From assembly GCA_963924565.1 (NCBI GenBank), contig OZ004609.1, positions 25,668,001 to 25,732,000 on the forward strand: a stretch of DNA of 64,000 bases, written 5' to 3'. Position numbers and translations under genes: made by a program. The DNA is from Ascidiella aspersa (taxonomy: Eukaryota). Numbering within the stretch: the stretch's first letter is position 1; every line of letters starts with the position of its first letter. The notes under the pieces were generated by a model. That model had not been told where the DNA came from. It made no database searches and was given only the letters and a program-made list of their open reading frames with translations. This document shows positions 50,845 to 63,490 of this stretch, in pieces.

Positions 50845-53800
50845 TCGCAAGGGGTCACTAAAGTGTTATAAGACAGCCAACATATCACGTTTTGTAGAAG
50901 GTAAGGTATCAAAAGCTGGCTGATTATTTCCTTCATACATTACAATGTCCAGAGTACACGAGATTTACAATAAATTAGCTATATTTAGTGTATGATAAAC
51001 TTAATTTATGGAATGAAGGGCGAGTGATTTAGTTCAATTTTAGCCGGATAATCAAAAAAGCGATAATAAATAAACTTTTGAGACTAATTAATAAGCCAAA
51101 TAGTCATGGAAGTCAACGTCCTTTTTGTGTATTTGCCTAATAATCTTAACTGAATTCATGAAGTTTTTGCGTCAAGGATGACCAAAGATTTAAAATTGAA
51201 TTTTAGCTGTGCGCAAATAACAGTAAGTTTTTTTATAAATAAGGATTTGAAACGTATAAAAAATAATACCTAGGTTAATAAACCTTGTTACGTGAAGAGG
51301 TTATCAAAAGTAACTACACACAGATTCGTATTTACCTTAGACACCCCGGACCGCAACAAAAGGTTTCTATTTGATCAAAAATAATGTCACCATGTCCTGT
51401 TTCGGGACCAGGATGTGAAAGCCCCCCTGATGAATACAAAATAAACCTTTCCTGTCCTCAAATAAATATATATGAATTGGTCCGTTTAGTTGGCGCCAGG
51501 CACAGAGGGAAGTAATCATGTCTCGAAAATACATTTTTCAAACACTTCCTTGATTCTACAACAGAGCAACTGAATTAGGCCTATGCTTTTTTTACTCATG
51601 TTTTGTCAGTTTACGGGTTAGTCTATTTACTGTACAATCCTACCAAAGCCGTGCCAATAAATATTTATTATGAGTGAATGTTGTATTTTCGTTGGGAGGA
51701 GGGTATCAGAACTTTTTATTGTATTTTTATAGAGTTAAATGCAGTTGTTTAGCAGTACAAGTGTTATTTTCCCTATGGGCGGTTAATACGTGGGACTAGG
51801 CTACTTTGGAATAAACGTTTTTTTATTCACATAAACGGGGAAACACAATTTTTGCGAGCTGGTCAAAATATGACACATTCAGCATAAACAAGCGCAAGGA
51901 TACTTAGCTATGATTTGGCTGGTTATTCATAAACGAATTGCAGCGAAACCATTCAGTTCCATTTAAATATTTGTTGTATGATGCAAGTTTAGGCGTGGTA
52001 TCACATCTGACAAACTGAAAAAATTGCAAACGCCGTCCGTTTCAATGTTTGTTTTTTTCTCTGGCAACACACACGGGCGCAAGCCTTTATCCGAACCGAA
52101 AATTTACCAAATAACTAATTGGTGGCATGAACGGTTGACTGTGTAAAGCGCCAACTACGTTTTTACTAATCACTTCCTTCCCGTCGAGTTCAGTTTTCTG
52201 GTACTTGATTTGCTACTGAGCAATTAAGTCGGATCAATTTCGCTTCTACAAAACACAGAGCGCAAAACCGCCCTGTCGAACGAAGCGCAAACGTAAAAGG
52301 CGCTTTCGAAAAAACACCGCAGTCACCAGCTGCAGAGAATTGAAAAGACCTGGGTCTCGCCGTGCAGCTGTTATCGAGGTTTCGCTTTGTGCATGCGCGG
52401 CAGGGTATAAGCACGTGATAACACGCAGCGGACAACTGGTTCAAGGACACCAACGTCGCGAAGTGTTATAATAGTAGCGATTCGCCTCAAATGCATGTGA
52501 CTTTTGCCATTGTGTTCTTAAATCATCGTTGCTGAGTCATTAGTGTTTGTAGCACAAGATACAGGGACTTCAGCAACGCTGCACTGTACAGTGTACCGTT
52601 TATTAAGTTTATGCTTAAAACAACGCTGCACTGTACAGTTTATTAAGTTTATCGAATAAACGATTTTGAAAGAGAAAGATTAGAACGCAAAGTCGTCTAA
52701 TGGCAAATTGTAAATACTTCGTTGTAACAAATTATTCAGGATTGTCAAAGAAGCAAATTCTGTTTTCATCATGATAAGTCGATTTCGTCGAGTTTCGATG
52801 TCGACGTCATAATTTTCTTTTCACTTCTAATGTCATTTTGGGATTAAGTATTTACTTATCGAACTATGTATGCATTCTGTTCCCTAAGCATGTGTCATTT
52901 GGGGGTAAACTAATTATTTTTGAAGTATGTCTGCCTTGTGTTTCCTAAGCATGATTTTATTCAAGCTTGAATTCACAAGCGCCTTTTTCTCGTGATTATA
53001 AGGCTGCCTAAATTAGTCACGTGTATACGTCAACAACGAAAACAAGAGACGAATGTTGTTTTGTTCACAATGCAGCCTTAGTTTTGCTGTGACTGACTTC
53101 TGAACATAAGGCGAGCTAACTGGAAGTAAAAAGCGTACCGAGACAAAGGAATATGAGAATCGAAACCAACTTGTGCGCACAAGGTTAGTAAAACTCTGTA
53201 AAATAATTTGACGAAATTCAACACAGCTTGCTTGTTTCGGTTTGTTGTTTAGCACTTAAACTCGATTTTAACGACTGTTGAACGTGTGATACCACGACAC
53301 TTTAACTTTAACCGCGGTATATCACGCCAAAAAGCTAAAACCTAGACCAGGGGTGTTCAAATTATTTCTGCCATGATCCACCACAGTCAAACCTAACAAC
53401 ATGATGATCCACCAAATTCGAATAGTAAACATATTAGACACGCTTTAATTTTTATGGTGCTTTATTTTTGTAAACGCGATAACTTATTAGTTAATCTTGT
53501 TTAGTATTTGTTAACCTTTCGAAGTCAGGGTGCTCGTGGCGAGCGAAGCGAGCGCGATTTTTTTAGGTATACCGGCATTCCTTTTTAAATTTCTTGCAAG
53601 TTTTTATTACATTGCCGAAAATACAAAATGTTAAAAAATATATGTCCAATATTTTTGAATGCGTTTTCCATTAACGGTAGCGAAGCGCTGATGTTCAAAA
53701 GACCGCATCTAGTTCAAAAGACCGCGTCAAAACGTAAACAGGCCGGACGTAGAAAAATGATTCGCGCAAAGCGGGAAAATTTTTCGCAATTACGTAGTTA

Positions 53801-56800
53801 AAATAGTCCAAAAGTATTTGAAATGGACTCGTATCTAGTTTGTTAAAGAGGCGGCGGACCGAATGAATTACATTGGCGGGGCGCATCCGGCCCGCGGGCC
53901 GTAGGTTGCCGACACCTGCTTTAGACTATAGGTCTTACAATAGCATCGAAAAGGCTTTACTGGTATCCTCAAACGCTCACAAAGATTAGCATTTGGGAGT
54001 CTCGTTCTATGCTTAATTTTTTAGAAAATTCATTAACACTGACAATTGGTATTCACATGAGACACTGTAGAAAGTTTATTTTTTTAAGACTACATTAGAA
54101 GATCCGCACAAAACGCTGAAAAGATCCGGAACCGGATCGCGATTCGCCATTTGAACATGACCGACCTAGACCATTCACGATTATTGAGTTCGTGAGCGTG
54201 TGTGACATATTTCTTCTGTATTGCAGATGAGAGAACCGCCTTTCAAGCCCAATGCGTCCACCAGCACAACATTCTGAGACGATTCCACGGCGCCGATCCG
54301 TAAGAATTTTTGCTATTTTGTTTACTGGGAAAATAACGTTACAATAGGGCCACAGCTATGCTAATGTCACAGTGCTTGATAGTTCAAAGCACGTCTTTTC
54401 AAATTTGTAACCTGCGAACCCTTTTTTATTACCCTACTAAACTTTCCACCCTTGGTAATGGAATGAGCAACTTATAGCTTAAGATTATGTTTTATCAGCT
54501 TTTATATTTGCAAATCGAAAGGAAATGCTCAGGTAACATTACATACACATAAAACTAGTCGCGTCCTCAAATTCGGAAAGTCCTGCTCAAAGATATCCAA
54601 TTCGACATGATTTGTTTGTTGTTCAGATTAAAAATCAGTCAAAGGCTCACGGAAGAGGCGCAAGAGCACGCCGACCAACTTGTGAGCTGCAGAATGGACG
54701 CCACACAGGCCTCTGAGCACACTGTTTGTCACGTGATCGCACGATCCATATCTGGTAAGGCGACGATTTAAATTATTGAACACTCTATATTTGTGCCCCA
54801 AGCTTCGGGTAGAGTTGAATAAGCGCATTGTGTCACCATCGTGCAACCTTAGGCTTGGTTACATGCTAAATCGTTTTGTTTCCTATTAACAGATATAAAA
54901 ATAGCTTGCCGGAACGCTTTATTTAAGAACTATATATCAGTGTTATTAAATTTGCCTGCGATTTACCAGAATAAAGTTAAAGTAACTATTTTATCAGTTT
55001 TGGGGTTACAACCAATTGGCTAGCAGCTCGTTACCACTATAATATGTCGTTTAATCAATTTCCTTATTACAATCGATGTCCTGAAAACTCAACTGGGCAA
55101 AATACGGCCCGCGGGACGGGTCCGCTCCGCCTAGCAATTTAGTCCGTCCTTATTTTTTTAATGTTTACTATAAAGAGAGTAAGGCACATAAGTAAAATCA
55201 AACATGTCATTGTTTGGTTATATCATATACAATTATACATACCCCACTCATATACCAGAGAATAATTGAAGTATGTCGGCCCAAGCAGTATGTTAAAGCC
55301 GTTTGAGAGAGTGTCCCGATTCACATTGTTTTTTTCAACGAATTTTAACGAATTTATACCGCAATATGACCATTGAACCGTAAGCAACACATCAACTTAA
55401 AACTCGAATAAATTAAACGCATTGTAAGTTTTTTGAGCTTCATGCGAACTTTTTACGTGTTATTTTAACAGTCGTAAATCTGTTTAACAAATGCCCCCCG
55501 CAATTAGGTAAATGCTAATATTTCGAATGTGCATATTGTATGCTCGATGCGTCACCCCTTTTAAATCCAAATTAAAGTATATATAGTCGCATATTTTTGG
55601 CCCGCTTTCGTTTATATTTACTAGTTCAACATAATAGCAGTTTTCTTAAGCTTACTCATTTCAAATTATCACATTACGACGTATCCTGTGAAGTTTATTT
55701 AGAAGAAAGGTTTTTTAAAAAGAATCCTCGATCCGCCTCTGACCTTCAACTTGTCAAATAATGCTATAAAAATTTTGAAAAGAGTTAGAACTCATATTGT
55801 GATATTTGAGATGCTCTTTTTCACCGCCACAATATTTTTTTCATTTGGTCCGCAGCAAAAAATAATTGCCTATACCACTGCCTAAAAAGATCGATTTTAG
55901 TTTGTGTCTTTAACCAAAAATTTTGTTTAAACGGCGATCGTAGTCATCCAGTGACAGTGTACATTCCTAGCGCCCATCGATTTTTCAACGGGCACCAAAT
56001 AATAATTTGTTTTTATCGCAGCCGAGGAAATTACCGACATGTGGTATTCGGAAAGTTCTAAAGTAAACTTTTGCAATCCTGTTATCGACGACCTGACATG
56101 TAAGTCTATTAAACGGCTTTCTTTTAATTTATTTTACATATTTGCCAATGATGGCAAATAGGCAAGCCTGATATTAGTAGCAGGTTACCCCTACAAGGCA
56201 AAAAAATACACTTCATCCACCCTATGAGTAAAAATTCTCATTTGAAGCACTTCAAATATTCAAAACAGCATATGGTTAATCAAATCATGTTGTGTTTTGT
56301 GGTATATTTTACTTGAAATCAAACGGATATTTCCAATAAGGCACGCTAAATGACGACAAAAAACAAGAGAATATATAAACCGTATGGAAAACATTTTAAA
56401 TTGCTAACACATCGGCATTCTTGTCACAACTTCTGTGGTTATATTATCAGCTATGTTGTGATGTTTTGTAAACCAGTGCTCTTCCAATGACACACGCGGA
56501 TTGCCCTGTTGTACTTCGTGCTACAGGACCCACTATTTCCTTTCATCAAACAGTATACCGGATTACGTATGTAAACAAAACGTATCATCACCGGGCTGCC
56601 AACGCACCGCGGACCCCCGGGCCTCGAGTGGGAACAACATTTCCTCTAAATGAATTGTAAATTTGCCTTGCTCGCAGCCCGCTTCACTCAGATGATCTGG
56701 AAGGGAAGCAGAGAGATCGGAGTGGGGATCGGCCGCGGTTCGAACGGGCACTTTTACGTCGTGGCCGCTTATTCTCCCGTCGGAAACGATCCGCACGTGG

Positions 56801-56835
56801 CCAAACTCAACCTGAGTCCGCCGCGAAATTGGTGA
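50845..56835 (+). CDS. Divergent third CAP domain (either a 3' extension of the upstream CAP gene or a separate tandem paralogue)
   Basis: Exons 54227-54299, 54627-54754, 56022-56099 and 56678-56835 have the same intron phases and the same 78-nt middle exon as CAP domain 2. Peptides FQAQCVHQHNILRRFHGADPLK, MWYSE and SRFTQMIWKGSREIGVG...YVVAAYSPVGN. The upstream exon 50845-50900 is tentative; an alternative start is possible at ATG 52700. Confidence 0.78.
53348..54163. mobile_element. hAT-like element with a fragment of a second element inside (right end at ~53875-53918)
   Basis: Perfect 8-bp TSD ACCTAGAC (53340-53347, 54164-54171). Degenerate TIRs CAGGGGTGTTCAAA / TTTGAACATGACCG. Internal GGCCCGCGGGCCGTAGGTTGCCGACACCTG end. 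Confidence 0.8.
55090..55880. mobile_element. Degenerate hAT-like element
   Basis: CTGGGCAAAATACGGCCCGCGGG left subterminal sequence; right end TTGCCTATACCACTG. Confidence 0.45.
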
Positions 56836-57350
56836 ATACCGAAGATGACACAACGAGTCGGCGCTTGGCGCTTTTTGCTATAGGCCAACACGATTTCGCG
56901 TGACAACTCGGTTCCGCGTCATCCGCTGGCTCATATCGGTGTCTTGCTCGCGCGGCCGAATCAAAGACTGTGTTTTTGTCTTCGTTTATGTTCACTACGA
57001 TTTCCGCTCGGCATAAGCACTGTGACTGATGATGCGTCACCGCGAATAATCCACAGCGAATCTAACGCTCGTGAGTGTGTGTGTAAACGCCTTTCCGCGT
57101 GGTCGGGGCCTATAGTGTGCACCATTTGACTGTAATTCGTAATGAAATGATGAAATAATCAGACGGCGCTCGGCTTTCGGGTGCATTTCGCGCATCGTAA
57201 AGTAAGTTTAACGTGAAATGCGCCTCGATATAAGGCAAAGTAAGATTGTCCGATAATGTCTTGCGCGTCGACACTACTGCAATCTTTTATGCGTGGTGTT
57301 GTGTCTTAATAAATATCGTCGGTGACTGGACAACACGACTGAAACGTACA

Positions 57351-60300
57351 TCACATCGCATACGGCGCGAGCTCTTCGTAGTTGAGTTCTACCGCAAAGT
57401 CCTCCTGGTAAATGTGCCATGTCTTCTTCTTGTGCGGATTATCGATTTCCTCCCGATGTATCGTGACGCGATCGCCCTCCAGAAACGAGGTGTTCACCCA
57501 AAAATAGAAGGCGCAGTTGTCGTAGCCTCGTGGCAGGTTTCGCTGGCAACGTAAAGCTCAACAGTTTCGAACCGTTACAGTGACTTGCGTATTTACAAAA
57601 GTAAAAAAGAGTAATCGTTTCAACAACATAGACCCTGTTCATTTCCCGCTTGGTGAGAAATAAGAGGGTTCATTTAGGAGACCGTCGGGTAACGACAGTC
57701 ACTTATTAGGGGTCGTTTTGCCAAAACACTCGTTTTATGTTGCTTCAAGATATGCTATTTTTCGAATTGGACTATAGATAGGCTCATAAAATAATTGTTC
57801 AGTTTATTTTCGTTTTTGGGAGATAGAGATTCATTCCACTGTAATACGAAATATAGCCAATGATTCGTTTCTAACCGTCGGATCTTGGTTGTTAAAATTT
57901 TAGGCTCTTGGGTGTTTAAATTTTACTTTTCACTTGCGATATGCGGCAACTTGACTTACCGCTGAAGATGTAAACCTTATCTTGACGTCACCGGTTAGGG
58001 ACGGGCAGGAACTGACGTCACAGGAAACTGAGTTTTCCTCGGATTTGTGTTGAACCTAAAAATATCGTGTCTGTTTTCAACGCCTTAACATTTAGGCAAG
58101 TTTAATGCACAAAACACAACTGGAACAAATTTATCAGTATATCTTACCCAACCTGTTCTTGCTTAGATTTGATAAACGCTCAACAACGTGAAATGGCGTT
58201 TTACAGTGAAATTATTTGCTATTTCGGTAATAATTGCACAAGTTTATATTTACATTATACAGTATAAAGTTAATACTAAGGGTTCCCGTAACGCCATGCA
58301 CGGCTATTTGGTGTCAGTACATAATTCCACCTGGAGGGATGTTTATAAATAGTACACATGGAGGTACAAACCAGTGATATGCCATAAACATACAATCATT
58401 GCAAAATAGCCAATTAAAACTTTCCATAGCAAGGAAATAATAAATGTTGCCAAGTTTTATTAATTAAAAGTTTATAGGATTCCGAAATACAATTTCCGTA
58501 CAGTGTGGCTTAGCCTTTCTTAACGCAAAAGTCGCTTCAAGACAAGGAAATTTCGCTTAACATCAGAATAGCCAAACCAGACGCAACTACGTGCGCGTTT
58601 TACCTTACAGTTGTAATCTTCCGCAAACTTGCACATGAGCACCTCCTGGCCTTTCACAAAAATTTGCATCGACAAATCCGAGCCGTTTCCCCGGCCGACA
58701 CCTCAAGACCAAAGAAATACGTTTATATAGCGTTGAGTATACATATTTGTAAAATTGTTACGAAATAAATATGTCCATGTCCCCAAAAGCTGTTGTTAGA
58801 ATTATTTATCCGACTTGACGATGCTAATTAAAGTTCAAGAATAAATCGTCCCCAAAGAGTGCAACAAAGCTATTGCCCCTGCACAACAAAGTTCGTGTGA
58901 ATATAGGTGTTTGTCAAAAGCCCTATAGTGCCCATTTTGCGTTGGGCAAATGAACAGTTATCAAAAAAATAAACAGCGTGCTTAGGGCGTGACAATTGTA
59001 TGTGAAACCAATATTTAGTAATCTTAAAGTTAGAGGTACTTCAAAGGTATTTTCGCCGTCAGAACAACCAATTTAATAATGATGTTTACGACGATACAAA
59101 AGTGGAAAAATTCTGTGTAAAATGTCAAAAGTACACCTGCGATAGAGCTGATAACGACTTTGGTAATTCTGACAGTTTTCTCGGGCGGCAATTTTCCGCC
59201 GAATTCCTTCTTGATTCTTTCGAAGTAACCGACGTAGCGGATCTGCGACGCTGTTTCCACCCCCTGGAACGTCGTCCCCACCTCCATGTCGGTTCGCCTC
59301 CCACCGAAATATTCGAGGGACTCCTGGTTATCGAATTGAAAATATATATTGTTTTATACTGTTGTTTTAAATGTTCACTCTATGGAAACATTAATACTAG
59401 ATACGCGAAATAAAAATTGTAATTGGCTTTAAAGTAATTAGTAGTGTTTAGGTGTTATTCCGAACTGTGTTTTACTCCAACTAAATATTGCTCTATTTTC
59501 GGTCCTATTGCTGCAGTCCCTCCATAGATATACTTATATAAAACCGATAGCGGGCAAACGATTGGCGGCGAAAGCACATATACGAAGCAAACGCGCCTAC
59601 CTTTGAGTTGTCGAACTTGTCACAGGCCAAGAGCCAAGCGCAAACTGCGGTCCCAGTCCGGCCCTTGCCCCCCTTGCAATGGACGGCGATCACGTTCTCT
59701 TCGTCCTCGGACATCCACCGCTGCACGTCGTCGATGAACTCAAGCAGGCCGCTGTACAAGTACATCAAGGGTTTTAAAATTCTGTACAGCAGAACTTTTT
59801 TGTAATTTTGAAAAATCACCGGCTTATGTTAGGTCATCCTACACTTGATAAGTCTTTGACGTGGAATAAAGTAACTGTCAAGGCGTAATTACAATGGATT
59901 GTTATTTTATAATATAAGGTGTTCCTATAATTTTTTTTTCTTGACGTATAGTGCAACCCCTGCTGAAACAGTTAAGAACCACTGACGTACAACAAGTAGA
60001 GTTTAGCGATGGCACCAAAGCTGCGCTCAATAACGCACTGGGTGTTACGTATAGTTTCATAATAAGGCTAATTGCCTAACATTTCAGTCAAAGTCAAAAT
60101 TACTGCTCCAACTCCAAAGTTTTATTCATCATTTCGAGTCCTACGTTTGTGTTTGTCGGTCGGATCAAATCATCACCATTCGTTTTAACCGCATTCACAA
60201 AGCGAAAGCGTGTACCTCATAGATGGCACGTTATGGTCGTCGATCATCATTCGGTAGCACTGTCCTTCGAAGAAACTCTCGTCGTAACTGCGCTCACCTG

Positions 60301-63300
60301 AGAAACATAGAACGTTACAGAAAACATACTGCAACGGTGATGCTTGGATTTAAAAACGAAAGCAACCAGTAGAGGTTTGCGCGTTGGTAACTTACTGCAC
60401 AGGTTGTAGATTCTGTATTTGCCCGGGTGCTTGGTCTTGAAGAAGAGGCTGACCTGCTTTATCGGGTTCCTGAAAATGCTCTGGAGGCCGCTGCTGGGAA
60501 ACGACATCGCTATCACTCGCTCAGTGACGTAGGTCAAGTCAAGATCGAAACCGTCTTTCTGCGAATAAGGCCAAAGGCATTGAACAAAGCGCACAAAGTA
60601 GGCTAAGTACATTATAATTGTTCCTAAAGAATAGACCACACTTTGGTCCTTTCCGGTCTATTCTTATAGTTTCATAGACGTATCTTGAAAATTCGCGTAT
60701 TTTATTATTATTACCAAGGCAACTAAAACAACTCATGTCAATACAGACAAATAAACTTGTTAGTATAATTGCGCTAAGCATGAAAATAACATGTATGCCC
60801 GTACTGACGTACAAGTCAATATATTCCCTTAAATTTCCAAAGTCACCTTTGAAATCACTTAAAATGACTTGGTGTCTATATAGTCTGCCTAAATTTTACT
60901 ATATTTACTATAATTAAATAACATAGGTTTATTGTTTTTTTTTTACATGTTATGTTTATTCACTTTTGCATGGTGTTATTTATTTTCGTAAGCGTCGTTT
61001 AATAATACTTGTACTGCATTACATGCGTTTGAGTTCGGCGCAAGGTGAAATCAAGTTATTATCGCCCTTCGTCTCATTTTTTCAGCCGGCGGCGTGCAAG
61101 CTTTGTTGTGTGGATTTCAGCAGTTTGCCTGTTAAGCCATTTGTTGTCACAGCAATGTTTTTTAAGAAGTGCAACAGTTGAAAAAATGGATCTTTTATTT
61201 AACGGTACAAGAGTTGATCCAGGTGAACTGCAAAAGTTTTTAAAAAAGGTAAGCCATAATTAACTTGCTTGATATCTCCTCTTGTTCATCGAAATGGTCT
61301 TTCTTGTCGACTTCTTTGTCTGACGATGCGCGTAAAAGATTCTTACAAAACGGACAATTCTCAGCAGACGAGCAAACACTATTAATCTGAAAGACAACGT
61401 AACTCACAGAAGGTATAGTTCATGAAAACAAAATACTTCGAAGCAGGATTAAACTTACGATAAAACCTTATTTTTTTAAGTGAAACTAGAATATTATAAC
61501 ATTGGTAACTGATTGTATCCATTTCAGTATGCGGTTTATCAGGACTAATAAGATTTGATTTACTTTGCGTAGTGTTCTTCATCCACGGCTGAGACCACGC
61601 TGTCCAACGCTGTGTAAATGACAGTGACCAGAAATGTAATAACAACGATCAACCCGTCGACAACCTCCCATCGATTCGTGAAAAACTCTTTGCATCTTCA
61701 AAAAGACAAGAAACTTTTTAAGGTTTAGGCCTATATTTTAAAAGGCTTTTAAAAATATGCTTTTAAGGGAAACTTTTCTGTTTTACCTAATACCATCGTT
61801 TTATAGATCCTAATACTATCGTTTTATAGATTTTTCTGCTTTAATTATTGTTGAATTTTAGGTCTTATTGTATGTTCCCCTTCAGGCTTAACCACGTGTC
61901 AAATATACAGCTTTACTGGCCGCATGCCACCCTTGGCACACACACAAATTAAAAAATGAAATCTTGGCATTTTTTTCTAAATCGTGGCATTTATGTGGTC
62001 ATCGCACAATACGCCATATTGTCCACGTCACAAAACATATAACTTGAAAGGGCATGTTGTTGACCCTTGGCAATCGAATTGTAAAAATATAAGTACTCTA
62101 CGTACGAAAAAGGTTCGTTAACTTAACCTGCAGAAAACAATAAACCCTCTTACAAATATATACAGCGAAAATATACTTTTTTACAAGTAGTATAGATTAT
62201 AGAACTACAGTATTTGAATTTCTATCGTCGGTACAACTAAAGTAGTAAGACAACAAGAACCACTAATGCAGTGGTTCTCAAACTGGGGTCCGCGGTCCTT
62301 TTGGGGTCCGCGAGACAATTTTCGGGGACCGCACCTAACAAAAAAATCAACACGACTCTCCTAAAGAAGGTAATTTTTTGTGCAGTAAAATTTTCAGGCA
62401 ACGAACATTTTGGTTGACTAATCGCGACATGGGACAAAGTGCTAAAAATCAAGACTTTTCCGGCTAAAACGGGTCGTAGCCTACAGCATGCCTAATTAAA
62501 AATCTTTGTTTCTTAGTTATGTTAGTGCGGCCCGCAGATGAATTAAGTTATCTCACGCGGCCGATAGTTAGACTTGATTTGACACCCTAAAACAGATCGA
62601 GTCCAATCTGACTCGGGGTATTTTTAACCGACTCCGCAGCCCTGGTTTGTGAGTACAATTTTGTTTGTCGAACACGTCACACACGAAAAAGTGGGTTGGC
62701 TCATGCAAATGTTTTTTCTTTAACAACCCAGTCCCAATTGCGCTTCTAGTGACGCATACTAAATACTTGGCTAAAAATAATGAATTCATCAAGATTATCT
62801 TACCATTGCCCAAGCATAATTTTTAACTTACAAAATAGGTAAAAGATTAGCTACAAAAACTTGGTCGCCTATGCATAATCTTTCTTTTAGGGGAAGTGAG
62901 AACCAAGCCTTTTTTTATTTTTTGTTACACATCCCTCGGTTTATGTGATTGCCATTGTGGTGCGTGCTTCGCCACTATCTCCCACTCGATTTGTTTTCCC
63001 TCATGCAAGTTATTAACCAAATTAAAACCACTCGGGGCAATGATGAGCTTAAACCAAAGGTAGGTTTTAGCAAATTGCTAGTCCCACCAACCCTGAAGTT
63101 ACTGAGCCCTCGAAAAAACTTTTTATGACTTTAGTGGACAAAAGTTGTTTTAAAGACAAAAAAATGCCATAACCTTTTGTTATAATTTTTACTTTGACAA
63201 ATAATAAACCCAGCCGATAATACTCTGTCTTTAATAAACCCAGCAGATAATAAAACAAAACAGCACTCAGCGACACATACCCGTAGGAGAATATTCTCGC

Positions 63301-63490
63301 CATTAGATCGATCATGAAAACGCACGACAGCGTCATGGCAACGCTGTCAAACATCAGTTGCGAACTAGGGCTCTTTTCTGGGATGCTGAGGTCAATTATC
63401 ACCATGATAATGTCGAGAAGGATCAATATGATGCCAGCCACCCTGACACCCAGGTTCTCGACAAAGCTGCGAACTTTGAACTGGACTCGC
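57351..63490 (-). CDS. VSP: Voltage-sensing phosphoinositide phosphatase (Ci-VSP/TPTE orthologue), 5'-partial, 10 exons in window
   Basis: Exons (minus) 63490-63281, 61695-61564, 61386-61269, 60558-60396, 60297-60216, 59751-59601, 59323-59137, 58701-58604, 58055-57960, 57542-57351; phases consistent. S1-S4 voltage sensor (S4 [18 protein letters not shown]), linker [25 protein letters not shown], catalytic [17 protein letters not shown] loop, C2 domain with [13 protein letters not shown] and [10 protein letters not shown]. Confidence 0.96.
62269..62588. mobile_element. hAT-like MITE fragment(s)
   Basis: Left end CAGTGGTTCTCAAACTGGGGTCCGCG. A right end of a related family, GCGGCCCGC...TTTGACACCC, suggests a chimera. 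Confidence 0.55.

Noticed and set aside
56337-56360. miR-124 gene
   Set aside because: Only the first 10 nt match the mature sequence and no precursor hairpin is evident.
57351-63490. PTEN
   Set aside because: An N-terminal S1-S4 sensor and HCKGGKGR (not HCKAGKGR) identify it as VSP/TPTE.
8940-63490. Sperm/flagellum gene cluster (TTC29, CAP, VSP)
   Set aside because: The CAP gene is GAPR-1-type rather than CRISP-type, and the sequence gives no evidence of co-expression.
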